IMG/VR virus record: IMGVR_UViG_3300037418_001469
Source: a virus
DNA: 64,000 bases
Direction: 5' to 3' (one strand)
Part shown: positions 16,116 to 25,814 of the stretch, one piece after another
Layout: each line of letters opens with the position of its first letter
How positions within the stretch are numbered: the stretch's first letter is position 1
Notes under the pieces: generated by a model
The model's database searches: none
Told to the model about the DNA's origin: nothing
Seen by the model: the letters and a program-made list of their open reading frames with translations, nothing else
Program-made: the position numbers and the translations under genes

Positions 16116-19100
16116 GTTCCGAACTCCAACCTTTCCAACTCTTCATAGAGTTTATCGTGTTTTTCATACAGGCTTACTAGCTCATCTGTAACATCAACGA
16201 TAAGGTTGGCATCATCACCAAGTAGGTCAATTGTCTCTTCGATTTCTTCAATTATTTTTCGTACTTCATTTAGACTATTCAACACTTCACTTCTTGATAA
16301 TGATTTTGCCGAATCACGATTTACTTCCGAGATTTCAACAACATTGACTTGGGCAGTTTCATTAAAGTAATCTATGTTACCTTTAATGAATATTACCTTT
16401 CCTTCTTGCACTACATGTTGAAGTTTCTCATATTCTCGATTGAAGACTGTACATTTAATGTCTCCTTGATATGCATCTTCAACTACAATGCTAGCCATTT
16501 TCTTGCCTTCGTTACGACCACGCTTAATTGTAATCTCTTTTGCTTGCTTTATTACACCACCAGTAATAACAAACTGTCCTTGAGGTAGTTTTTGATATTC
16601 TTCTTCTAAATCACCTGAATCAGAAATCAATAGACTATCTTCATCAAATACCTGATGAACCTCAATGGGGATACCATTATTAATCACATCAGAAGTATGA
16701 GTTGTCTTACTTTGAATGAAATCAATTAGTCCTTCTAATGGGTGATGGGTCATGTAGAATCCAGTTAAGGTTCTTTCCATCTTACATAGTTCATCATGAG
16801 AAAATTCTTCTATTACCGTTGGTTCATATTCATAAAACGGATTATAAAAAGAACTAATATCTTGTACAGGATTCTTTCTCTTTTTGTTTCCTGCGATTTT
16901 TTTCTTAACATTTGAACTTATTAAGATTAAGTCTTCAACGATTTTAACCATCGTTCTACGATTATATCCTAAGAAGTCAAACGCTCCTGCCTCTGCTAAT
17001 GCTACTGTAACCGTCTTGTTTACTGCTGAGCCAGTTAGCATGATGAAGTCTGTTAGTGTTTTAAATCCGTGATTCTTTCTTACTTGCAGAATGTTTTCTA
17101 CTGCCTTTGTTCCTACACCTTTGATACCATTCAAGCCAAAGTGAATACCTTTACGGTCAGCAGATACTTCGAATTTCAATGTAGAACGGTTTACATCAGG
17201 TGCTAGTAGCTTCAAGCCTAACACTCGACATTCGTTTAAGTATGGTACAATCTTTTCGATTTTCTCACCTATGTATGATGTTAGTACGCTTGCCATAAAG
17301 AACTCAGGGTAATGTACTTTAAGCCACATAGATTGATAAGCTAAAATCGCATAAGCAGTAGCATGGCTTAAGTTAAATCCGTATCTACCAAATGTCTCAA
17401 TCTGACTCCAAATAAACTCCGCTAAATACTTAGGGTTCTTATCAAGTGGGCAGTTATCCATGTATTGAGGATTCTCTAAGCAACCACTCACGAACTTCTC
17501 TCTTTGCTCAGGCATCTTATCGAGTAGTTTCTTACCTACTACCTTACGCAGTTCATCTGCTTGTGCCAATGTAAATCCTGCCATAACTACTGATGCTCTC
17601 ATTACTTGTTCCTGTGTTACAAAAATACCTAGCGTAACATCTTGTACTTGCTCAAGTAGTGGGTGGTCATATTTAACTTCTTGCTCACCACTGGCACGAG
17701 CGAGATATATGTCAACCATAGTCATTCCGTAGTTAGGGTCATTCTCGTCTTCTATCTTCATATCTAGTGGACCTGGGCGATACAAAGCATTAGCAGTTGC
17801 TAGGTCTTCTATTGACTTAGGTGATTGTTTTTTAAGTAGTGATTTCATTCCGTCAGATTCAAACTGGAATATTCCTAGTGATTGACCTTCTGAAAACTTT
17901 TCAAACACCTTGCTATCTTCAAAGTTAATCTTATCAATGTTGATGTACTCACCTAGATGTTCATAGATTGAATTAACTGCATTTTTAATTACAGTAAGCG
18001 TTCTTAAGCGTAGATAGTCCATCTTAACAAAGCCTAACATTTCTAACTCAATCATATCTAACTGTGCTGTTGAATCTCCACCTCTACCTTTCAACGGAAC
18101 TAGGTCTGTCAATGGAAATGGCGAGATAATAACACCTGCCGCATGCTGTGATGTGTGTCTTTGCAATCCTTCTAGCCTTAGTGAAGTATCAATGATACGC
18201 TTAAAACCTAAGTCTTCATCATACAATGTTTTAAATTCAGGATACTTGATAAGTATATCTTTAATCTTGATACCTATTTCTGTGACCTTGGTAGTTAACG
18301 AGTTAATTGTTTGATAATCATATTTAAGTACTCGTGCTACATCTTTAATAACAGCTTTAGCTGAAAGTGTTCCAAATGTACCAATCTTACACACTCTATC
18401 ATGACCATACTTATCTTTTGTATAGTCGATAACTTCTTGAATCCTATCATAACAGAAATCCAAGTCGATATCAGGCATGCTGATACGGTCAGGGTTTAAG
18501 AATCGTTCAAATAAAAGATTATACTTTAATGGGTCTACATCAGTGATTCGTAAGCTATAGGCAACTAATGAGCCTGCACCTGAGCCACGACCTTTACCTA
18601 CTGGAATATCTTGTTCTCTACAGAAACGCAATACGTCCCATAGGATAGTAAAGTATGTAGGGAAACCCATATCAATGATTACACCTTCTTCATACTCTAA
18701 TCGTTTCCAATAGTCATGCTCTGTATATCCTTCTAAATCTACTTCACTATTAGCAATACGCTCTTTTAGACCTTCTGATACTAAATGTTTAAAGTAAGAT
18801 TCCTTATCCGCAAAAGGCATTGGGATTGCAAAATCAGGGAACAAATATTCTTTTGTTTTCCACTTGCCTTCTAGCTTACCTTTCTTTTCGTATGTACCTT
18901 TTAATTCAATCTGTTCAAAAGTAACATTACAACGCTCAGCTACTTTGTTCGTATTAATTAGGGCTTGTACAGCTATTTCACCATACTGCATAGCCATAGT
19001 CAGCATTTCTTCATCATCTTTAACATAAAACTCGTCACATGTAGAGAAACCTTCATCGAATTTATCATCATTCATAAATTCTTCATAGTCCTTACCTAGT

Positions 19101-19885
19101 CCATTAGCAAAGTGAATACGGTGTGTATCTGCATCTGACCGCCAAGTGTAATGTGAGTCGTTTGTCATTACTAATGGCACATTAGATTCTTGCGACAATC
19201 TAATCATAGCAGGATTTAATAGTTTCTCAATATTTAACTCATGGTTTTGAAGTTCAAGATAATACCTATCTCCGAATACTTCCTTATACCACTCATTGAG
19301 TCTTAGTGCTCTTTCAATCTCTTTCCTCATGTAATCATATAGTTCTTCTTCTGTCTCTCCTACAGGCTTGCTAGCCCTCTCAAAAGCCACAGCAATATCA
19401 GTTCCAACATGACCGTTGATAGCAATAACACCTTCGCTGTACTTCTTTAATAACTCATAGTCAATTCTAGGTTTACCATAAAAACCTTCGGAGTTTGATA
19501 ACGTTGTCAACTTACATAGGTTTTGGTATCCTTTGAAGTTTTCAGCCAACAAAACTAAGTGACAAATCTCATGTACAAAATCATCACCTGTCCATTCTTC
19601 AACAATCATAAAGTCTGATTTCTTCTGTAACTGTCTAGCATCTGTAATATAAGCCTCAAATCCAAGAATAGGTTTAATGTCATTTACTAAACAAGTTTGA
19701 TAGAATCTGAATACATTGTGCATATTTCCGTGGTCACTGATTGCGCAAGTCTTATGGTTAATCTCTTTTAATCTCTTAATGAGGCTAGGCAAGTCATTCA
19801 TACCATCTAGGTGAGATGCGTCCGTATGTAGATGTAGATTTACATAACCTGTCTTATTATATTCTTCTATTACACTTGGATTCAT
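16112..19885 (-). CDS. dnaE: DNA polymerase III alpha subunit (family C)
   Basis: PHP domain HLHT..S.LDG; GRGSGAGSLVAY, MPDIDLDF, HAAGVII, YGFNLSHA; C-terminal OB fold. Confidence 0.97.
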   Translation of the reverse strand: MNPSVIEEYNKTGYVNLHLHTDASHLDGMNDLPSLIKRLKEINHKTCAISDHGNMHNVFRFYQTCLVNDIKPILGFEAYITDARQLQKKSDFMIVEEWTGDDFVHEICHLVLLAENFKGYQNLCKLTTLSNSEGFYGKPRIDYELLKKYSEGVIAINGHVGTDIAVAFERASKPVGETEEELYDYMRKEIERALRLNEWYKEVFGDRYYLELQNHELNIEKLLNPAMIRLSQESNVPLVMTNDSHYTWRSDADTHRIHFANGLGKDYEEFMNDDKFDEGFSTCDEFYVKDDEEMLTMAMQYGEIAVQALINTNKVAERCNVTFEQIELKGTYEKKGKLEGKWKTKEYLFPDFAIPMPFADKESYFKHLVSEGLKERIANSEVDLEGYTEHDYWKRLEYEEGVIIDMGFPTYFTILWDVLRFCREQDIPVGKGRGSGAGSLVAYSLRITDVDPLKYNLLFERFLNPDRISMPDIDLDFCYDRIQEVIDYTKDKYGHDRVCKIGTFGTLSAKAVIKDVARVLKYDYQTINSLTTKVTEIGIKIKDILIKYPEFKTLYDEDLGFKRIIDTSLRLEGLQRHTSQHAAGVIISPFPLTDLVPLKGRGGDSTAQLDMIELEMLGFVKMDYLRLRTLTVIKNAVNSIYEHLGEYINIDKINFEDSKVFEKFSEGQSLGIFQFESDGMKSLLKKQSPKSIEDLATANALYRPGPLDMKIEDENDPNYGMTMVDIYLARASGEQEVKYDHPLLEQVQDVTLGIFVTQEQVMRASVVMAGFTLAQADELRKVVGKKLLDKMPEQREKFVSGCLENPQYMDNCPLDKNPKYLAEFIWSQIETFGRYGFNLSHATAYAILAYQSMWLKVHYPEFFMASVLTSYIGEKIEKIVPYLNECRVLGLKLLAPDVNRSTLKFEVSADRKGIHFGLNGIKGVGTKAVENILQVRKNHGFKTLTDFIMLTGSAVNKTVTVALAEAGAFDFLGYNRRTMVKIVEDLILISSNVKKKIAGNKKRKNPVQDISSFYNPFYEYEPTVIEEFSHDELCKMERTLTGFYMTHHPLEGLIDFIQSKTTHTSDVINNGIPIEVHQVFDEDSLLISDSGDLEEEYQKLPQGQFVITGGVIKQAKEITIKRGRNEGKKMASIVVEDAYQGDIKCTVFNREYEKLQHVVQEGKVIFIKGNIDYFNETAQVNVVEISEVNRDSAKSLSRSEVLNSLNEVRKIIEEIEETIDLLGDDANLIVDVTDELVSLYEKHDKLYEELERLEFGT

Positions 19886-19889
19886 CTAA

Positions 19890-20402
19890 TCACCTTCTCT
19901 TTATTCTATGCTTTTCAATCGTAAACTTTGTCATGTATGGAACTTCATTTAATTTAGCGAACTCTCCGAACATTTCATATGCACTGTGATTATATGCATT
20001 AGCTGATGCTATTTCATCATCAAAGACTCCTAGATGATAGCTTTTTCTATCCTTACTAATCCTAGCAAGAAAAGTTCCATTGTCTCTACGAAACACACCT
20101 TTATATGGAGAAGTTCCACCTCTAGGCTTTTGATTGTATTGATTCTGTGCAATAGTAGCGTGTCTAAGGTTTAACCTCTGATTGTTTAATCCTTTGTTGT
20201 CGATATGGTCAACTATACAACCTTCCTTTGTTCCTAGTATAAGGTTGTGCATATATGTTCCATCTGTTCTTCTTGCATATATATCAGTTTCTTTTTTTAT
20301 CGCTTGCCATTTCCACTGATTGAGCCAATCATAGTCTTCATCATCTACTTTAGCTACCATGCCTAATGTTAATTCAATCTCTTTCACGACCATCACCTCC
20401 AT
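19890..20402 (-). CDS. HNH-AP2 homing endonuclease (free-standing); true start may be 20393 or 20387
   Basis: AKVDDEDY, YMHNLIL, VDHIDNKGLNNQRLNLR, YKGV, HLGVF..E..A..AY..AY..FGEFA. Confidence 0.9.
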   Translation of the reverse strand: MEVMVVKEIELTLGMVAKVDDEDYDWLNQWKWQAIKKETDIYARRTDGTYMHNLILGTKEGCIVDHIDNKGLNNQRLNLRHATIAQNQYNQKPRGGTSPYKGVFRRDNGTFLARISKDRKSYHLGVFDDEIASANAYNHSAYEMFGEFAKLNEVPYMTKFTIEKHRIKRR

Positions 20403-20408
20403 ATTTAT

Positions 20409-20437
20409 ATTATACTTGAATTATAAGGAAAAGTCAA
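20409..20437 (-). promoter_or_regulatory. sigmaA-type promoter
   Basis: ccTTGACT-N17-TATAAT. Confidence 0.8.
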
Positions 20438-20445
20438 GGAAACCC

Positions 20446-20469
20446 AAAAAAAGAGGCGTTAAGCCCCTT
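20446..20469 (-). terminator. Rho-independent terminator
   Basis: AAGGGGC-TTAAC-GCCTC followed by TTTTTTT. Confidence 0.7.
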
Positions 20470-21025
20470 GTGGTGGTTCGTTAGAAGTTAGTAGTTGTTC
20501 TGTTGGAATTTCTTGTGTCAATCCTAACTTGTAATCAACAACGACCTTACAACCTTCTATCGCTTTCGCATACATAGTATATTCAGATAGGAACTTAGGT
20601 TGATTAAAAGTAAACATTCCTATGTAATCATGTATTGGAGACATTGAATCTACAGCTTTGTTGCTTTTTATCATTTCTGTCATGTCTCCGTATCTCTTAA
20701 TAAGCCAATCTAAAAGTCTTTGCATTAATTGAACATTCACATTGTCTAGTGCTTCTTCGTACATAGAACGGATATAGTCTGGATTATTTTTCTTATATTC
20801 AGTTATAACAACTAAACTAGACTCGATTCCTCTTAACATATTTAATCGTTGCGTTAACTTTGAAAAATCCATTATCATATACGGACTATAGTTAACATGC
20901 TCAGACGGGTTGTTAATGAATCCTTCTAAGTTGTTTCCTTCGTTCTTTGTCCAACTATATAGCACTTCTGTTATCCTATAATCAATTAAATCCGATGCCT
21001 CAAGCATTTCTGTTCTTGTAGTCAT
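20459..21025 (-). CDS. Hypothetical protein
   Basis: 188-aa ORF with AAGGAG RBS. Confidence 0.7.
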   Translation of the reverse strand: MTTRTEMLEASDLIDYRITEVLYSWTKNEGNNLEGFINNPSEHVNYSPYMIMDFSKLTQRLNMLRGIESSLVVITEYKKNNPDYIRSMYEEALDNVNVQLMQRLLDWLIKRYGDMTEMIKSNKAVDSMSPIHDYIGMFTFNQPKFLSEYTMYAKAIEGCKVVVDYKLGLTQEIPTEQLLTSNEPPQGA

Positions 21026-21038
21026 TAGTGTTCACTCC

Positions 21039-21653
21039 TTACTTTGATAACATGTCAACTACAATTTTAGACCAATTCTCTAGCCTATCATAGATATGAG
21101 GTTCTGATAATTCTCTAATAGGTAAAAAATCTCCTTTTAATGTGTCTTTCTCACGAACTTCCACACTACCATTTTTATCTATGTCAATAATAACTAGAAC
21201 ACCTATATGTACACGACCAACAGAATTTTCATCATCATTGATAAATCCTACAATGTCGAGCTTTACTGTGTCAGAATCAATATCTAGTTCTTCATTTAAT
21301 TCACGCTCTAAATTCGTCCTAAGCGATGCCATAAAATCACTATCTTCAAAATTCATATGACCACCTGCACCAATAGATAACTTACCATGTAGCTTAGCTT
21401 CTCCACCGCCTGATAGTCGTTCGTATACAAAAATCTTATTTCCTCTACGGATTACTGCATATGGGATAGGTTGCTTAAAGTTTTCATTTTCTTCTGCATC
21501 TCCTCTACGCATTACTCCAAAATTAGATTGAATATTATCTTTTAACTTATTTAAAACCTCTACCTCTGTTTCTGTTCCTTGAAATGTCAGAGACTCATTT
21601 GCAAATAATGCTCTACGTGGTACAACAATAATAACTTCATCCATTTTACTCAT
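21039..21653 (-). CDS. NUDIX-fold phosphoesterase (YmaB-like)
   Basis: RRGDAE....KQPIPY, GE.KLHGKLSIGAGGH, LERELNEE, VGRVHIG. Confidence 0.85.
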   Translation of the reverse strand: MSKMDEVIIVVPRRALFANESLTFQGTETEVEVLNKLKDNIQSNFGVMRRGDAEENENFKQPIPYAVIRRGNKIFVYERLSGGGEAKLHGKLSIGAGGHMNFEDSDFMASLRTNLERELNEELDIDSDTVKLDIVGFINDDENSVGRVHIGVLVIIDIDKNGSVEVREKDTLKGDFLPIRELSEPHIYDRLENWSKIVVDMLSK

Positions 21654-21699
21654 ACTATCTTCCTCCTTTATTTTATTCGTATTTTCCTCGTAAGATGTA

Positions 21700-21915
21700 C
21701 TAATCATTGTTCTTTATTTTCATGTATTCCATAATACCTAAACTAATTATTTCATCTGCAACGGTCTTGTCGATAAACAGAATCTCTATCCGTTCGCCTA
21801 ACTTTTTTGACTGTTCTTGTGCATATTTAACAATTACATCTTTCAAATATTTGTCTTGTTCATCTACTACTTGTGCAATTATTTTTTGAGTGAATGAGTA
21901 AACTTTATCGTCCAT
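21700..21915 (-). CDS. Hypothetical protein
   Basis: AAGGTG RBS. Confidence 0.6.
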   Translation of the reverse strand: MDDKVYSFTQKIIAQVVDEQDKYLKDVIVKYAQEQSKKLGERIEILFIDKTVADEIISLGIMEYMKIKNND

Positions 21916-21972
21916 TTTCTCACCTTCCTTTACGACACAATTTGAGTCAAAAGCGAAAGTAGCCCATAAGGA

Positions 21973-22194
21973 CTACTTCAACGCTCGTACTACATCAACC
22001 GTTAAACCATGTGACTTAGCCCAAGACTTAGCATCTTGTCTAGCCTCTACTAGTGTTACATTGTCAACTCTAGTACGGAATGACTTTCCTTTGCTGTCAG
22101 TTCCGACAACAATATAGTTATTACGAAACACAGGCTTAGTTTCTGCAAGGTTATTTTCAATACGCTTTCCAGTTTTAAAATTAAAATATACCAT
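21973..22194 (-). CDS. Hypothetical protein
   Basis: AGGAGG RBS. Confidence 0.65.
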   Translation of the reverse strand: MVYFNFKTGKRIENNLAETKPVFRNNYIVVGTDSKGKSFRTRVDNVTLVEARQDAKSWAKSHGLTVDVVRALK

Positions 22195-22281
22195 ATGTAT
22201 CTTCCTCCTACTTTTTTCTATTTACTTCTACATCAATACACGCAAGTATTAACAAGACTAGAATACCTAACGCTAGAACCA

Positions 22282-22599
22282 TTAGGCGCTAATTACTTCT
22301 AATACTGTTCCGATAGGGTAATACTTTCCATCTCTCTCGGATTTTTGCATATCGTAGCTACATAAAACTTCGAGTTCACTACCTTCTGTGATATGAGCCA
22401 ATTCGTCAGCTTGGTCTCCAAAAGCACGAATATTCATTCGCTTAGTAAAAGTACTTCCTTTGCTAGTTGTAATTTTAGCCTCAATAGTGCAACCGATAAA
22501 GTATGGATTTCCAGTTTCCGATACGTCATAGCGAATTGGGAATTTCTCGTGTGTGTCCTTTGCAATACCTGCGATAACCATATTAATTTTGTGTTCCAT
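22282..22599 (-). CDS. ssb: Short OB-fold single-stranded DNA-binding protein (no acidic tail)
   Basis: INMVIAG..KD, RY...G, NIRAFGDQADEL..I.EGS.LEV follow the SSB pattern; adjacent to primase. Confidence 0.6.
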   Translation of the reverse strand: MEHKINMVIAGIAKDTHEKFPIRYDVSETGNPYFIGCTIEAKITTSKGSTFTKRMNIRAFGDQADELAHITEGSELEVLCSYDMQKSERDGKYYPIGTVLEVISA

Positions 22600-22631
22600 T
22601 TAGCATTCCTCCTAATTTGTATTACATTTAT

Positions 22632-22660
22632 ATTATAACTTGACTCTATTAAAAAGTCAA
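22632..22660 (-). promoter_or_regulatory. sigmaA-type promoter
   Basis: cccTTGACT-N17-TATAAT. Confidence 0.8.
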
Positions 22661-22664
22661 GGGT

Positions 22665-23837
22665 TTAAATCACTTTCTTACCAACATATCTTTTTGGATT
22701 GGAAACTACTTCCCAAGCCTCACCAAATGTAAGATTATCAGGGTCTTTTCCTGAAGGTAGATTATATGTGTAAACATCTACATACGGTTTTAATTGCTCA
22801 CAGATTCTATTAGAGCCTGTTAATCCTGCTCCATCTGAATCTAGCATTACACCTATCTTTAATGAATTAGATACTGCTAATGATAATTGTTCAGGAGTTA
22901 ATGCTGAACCCATAACAGCTACGACATTATATATTCCATATGACCATAGACGGATTACGTCCCAAGGTCCTTCTACTAGAATAAGTTCTTTACTTTCTCT
23001 GATGTATTCCTTAGCTTTATCAAAATTAAATAATACAAAGCCTTTATCAAAGTCCATCTTATGCATCCATTTATTGTATCGCTTAATTGCTTTTTTATCG
23101 TCCGTAGCAAGTCTTCCACTCCATCCTACTAGTCCTCCATCTTCGTCACGAACAGGAATGATAATCCTGCCCATAAAATTTCTTTTTTTTGCGTTCCAAG
23201 GCTCATCAACACCTTCGGGAGAATAACCTATTTGAAATTCTTCAAGAATATAATCTTCAAAGTTACGAGTAGAGATATAATCATCAGCAATAGGAAGTTG
23301 TGCTTGGTATACTTCTATGTCTTCTTCGCTAAACACTTCTAATTCAATCTCTACGTTTACCTTTGCCATCTCTCTAATCCATCTTTGATTATCTAATTTG
23401 TCAGATACATTCTTGTCATAAGTCAATCCTTTTTCTAGCTCTATTCCTGCTATTTCAGATGCTACCTTTAAGGCACGATTGAAGGAGCATTTAAAGCCCC
23501 TCCTGCCCTCCTCAAAAGCTTTCTTTTCTTCCATCATCTTTATAAACAGAAACATATCTCTAGGCGGTGTACGACCATTCTTAGCTACCCAAAAGCCATC
23601 TTCGGCTTGCTCTCCGCAATGTTGGGTAAAACAAGTAAATTGCTTACTGTTTAGGTCAAGAGAAAATCCTACTGGATTGTCACCTCCGTGTATCGGACAA
23701 GCACACCTCACTTTGTCATACTTAATATTTCTTTGTGGAATGTCACAACCGTAATGCTCAAGAAGTAAGATAGGGTCAATAGCTTCACGAATCACTTCTT
23801 TGATTACGGTATAATCACGCATTTCAACCTTTGACAT
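22665..23837 (-). CDS. dnaG: DNA primase (CHC2 zinc finger + TOPRIM)
   Basis: CPIHGGDNP...CFTQHC, RIIIPV.D..G.LVGWSGR, LVEGPWDV, MLDSDGAG, KDPD. Confidence 0.92.
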   Translation of the reverse strand: MSKVEMRDYTVIKEVIREAIDPILLLEHYGCDIPQRNIKYDKVRCACPIHGGDNPVGFSLDLNSKQFTCFTQHCGEQAEDGFWVAKNGRTPPRDMFLFIKMMEEKKAFEEGRRGFKCSFNRALKVASEIAGIELEKGLTYDKNVSDKLDNQRWIREMAKVNVEIELEVFSEEDIEVYQAQLPIADDYISTRNFEDYILEEFQIGYSPEGVDEPWNAKKRNFMGRIIIPVRDEDGGLVGWSGRLATDDKKAIKRYNKWMHKMDFDKGFVLFNFDKAKEYIRESKELILVEGPWDVIRLWSYGIYNVVAVMGSALTPEQLSLAVSNSLKIGVMLDSDGAGLTGSNRICEQLKPYVDVYTYNLPSGKDPDNLTFGEAWEVVSNPKRYVGKKVI

Positions 23838-23846
23838 ACCTATCAC

Positions 23847-25277
23847 CTACTCTAGATTTATATTTCTAAGCTCTCTCATTTTGGCGACTCCTTTTTCTAC
23901 GGTGTAGTCTATCCAACCTTCATAACTACCTCCATTTCGAGTCTCGCCTAGTTTCCAAACACGATTACCATTTTCACGAGTGTGTTCAGCAATCTCATTA
24001 TCAGTCTTCTTGCGAAGGATTGATAATTCATTAACAAACATTACAATACGGTTAGAACCTGAGATATGCGAAGAGTTTAAATCCTCTTGACCATATCCTG
24101 TTCTTGGGTTAATCTGTGCATATGCAAGTACAGGAATACCTAGCCCGCTTGCAATCTTATTTTTTAGCATGTTTGTAGTTTGACCTAAGATAATATATTC
24201 CTGTTGGTTTCCTTTGAAAGAACTTTCGTCCATCTTAATATAATCAAAGATTAGTACGAATTGATTTTCAAAGCCATTCCAAGTAACACCATGCTGTCTC
24301 TGAAACTTCCTTGCAAGATTATGTACCTTCTCAGGTGTAAAATCAGGCATATAGATATGGTAGAATGGAGCACCTTTAATCATTGGTTTTGCATAATCAT
24401 CTACTGCTTGTTTCATCTTAGCATTTCTAGAATACATACCTGTTGTTACTAATCTCTCAGGTACTACTGTTCCACTATCTGTTGCTAAGATGGAAACCAT
24501 ACGGTCAATTTGTTCTTCTGTAGGCATCTCAGTATCTATGTATAACACAGGGATTCCTTGTTCCACAGCTACATTAATTGCTATGTTTAGTGCGTGTGCA
24601 GATTTACCTGTTTTTGGAGGAGAGGCAACTACCTTTAGTCGACTAGGTACTAATCCACCTGTTGCTCTGTCATATTCGGGAAATCCTGTAGGAATACCAA
24701 GAACCTCTCTAGGTTGTGTCTCACGATTCTCTAGCACTATATCAATCTTATCACCAATTCTTATTACTTCATTAGTGTTGGCATCCATCTTCATAACAAT
24801 GTCCAAGAACTTCTCTTCTTGTCTTGCTACGAAAGAATCTGCATCTTCTTCCTCACTTGTTACTGCCTCTTCAATAACTGAGATAGCTTTAAGGAAAGAC
24901 TCTCTACGAACACTAGCTTGTTTTATCTTTTCAACGAAGAACTTTAAGTTTTCAACTCCTGCATTAGTTTTTTCAATCATACTAAGGTATGTCTGTCCAC
25001 CAATCTCTTCTTCGATTCCACTGTTTTGTGCTAATGCATAAATAATAGTTGGATTAACCTTTCCAATATTAGAATATTTGTTATCTAATATAGCAAGCAT
25101 AATCTGATAGATTCTCTTGTTCGCTGTATTGGTAAAGTCTTCGGGTGTTAACTCTACCGTAATATCAAAAAGCGATTCAGGGTCAGCCATTGCGATACTT
25201 AAAATTGCTCTCTCGGAACCCACATGCGCTATCGAGTCTAGTTGTCTTTGAATGTTCTCATCTAATAATAAACTCAT
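23847..25277 (-). CDS. dnaB: Replicative DNA helicase
   Basis: ERAIL, EDF; GIPTGF..YD..TGG; PKTGKS; DTEM; FDYI; YAQIN. Confidence 0.9.
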   Translation of the reverse strand: MSLLLDENIQRQLDSIAHVGSERAILSIAMADPESLFDITVELTPEDFTNTANKRIYQIMLAILDNKYSNIGKVNPTIIYALAQNSGIEEEIGGQTYLSMIEKTNAGVENLKFFVEKIKQASVRRESFLKAISVIEEAVTSEEEDADSFVARQEEKFLDIVMKMDANTNEVIRIGDKIDIVLENRETQPREVLGIPTGFPEYDRATGGLVPSRLKVVASPPKTGKSAHALNIAINVAVEQGIPVLYIDTEMPTEEQIDRMVSILATDSGTVVPERLVTTGMYSRNAKMKQAVDDYAKPMIKGAPFYHIYMPDFTPEKVHNLARKFQRQHGVTWNGFENQFVLIFDYIKMDESSFKGNQQEYIILGQTTNMLKNKIASGLGIPVLAYAQINPRTGYGQEDLNSSHISGSNRIVMFVNELSILRKKTDNEIAEHTRENGNRVWKLGETRNGGSYEGWIDYTVEKGVAKMRELRNINLE

Positions 25278-25315
25278 TTATACCACTCCTTTTTTATACG
25301 TATGAAGAAGGGAAA

Positions 25316-25804
25316 TTACTTCCCTTCAACATGTTTGTGTACATATCTGTTCTTTCCTTCTGACCGTCTATCGTCATATATCTTTTTGAGTACATTTAGT
25401 TTTTCTACTATAGGGTCTGATAGCTTCTTCTTCAATGTAGCATCAATGATAGATTGTTGCCATAAGTCAAACTTAAGTTTTAATCCATCTGTTAATGTAG
25501 ATGCAAATAACCATCGTTCCTCGACTGACCTAATTTTGCTATCAATGACCAATGGAAGTGCCTCGAACTTAAATAGATTTCCTAGTTCGATTTCTCTAGC
25601 CTCAGCTATGTTTACTTCTTGTTGTACATACATGGCTTGCTGAGCGAGTAATCCTAAATAGGATTCTAAAGTCATTATGTCAATTGCATAATATTCTAAT
25701 TCGTCCATATTCATAACATAGCTTATTGTTTTTTTGTCTACTTTGTCAGCACAGAATATTCCATTCTCTCTTAGTTCTGCTACTTTTCTATCTACATAAG
25801 CCAT
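25316..25804 (-). CDS. Hypothetical helical protein, possibly a UvsY-like recombination mediator
   Basis: Coiled-coil character; position between recA and dnaB. Confidence 0.45.
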   Translation of the reverse strand: MAYVDRKVAELRENGIFCADKVDKKTISYVMNMDELEYYAIDIMTLESYLGLLAQQAMYVQQEVNIAEAREIELGNLFKFEALPLVIDSKIRSVEERWLFASTLTDGLKLKFDLWQQSIIDATLKKKLSDPIVEKLNVLKKIYDDRRSEGKNRYVHKHVEGK

Positions 25805-25814
25805 TATGTATCAC

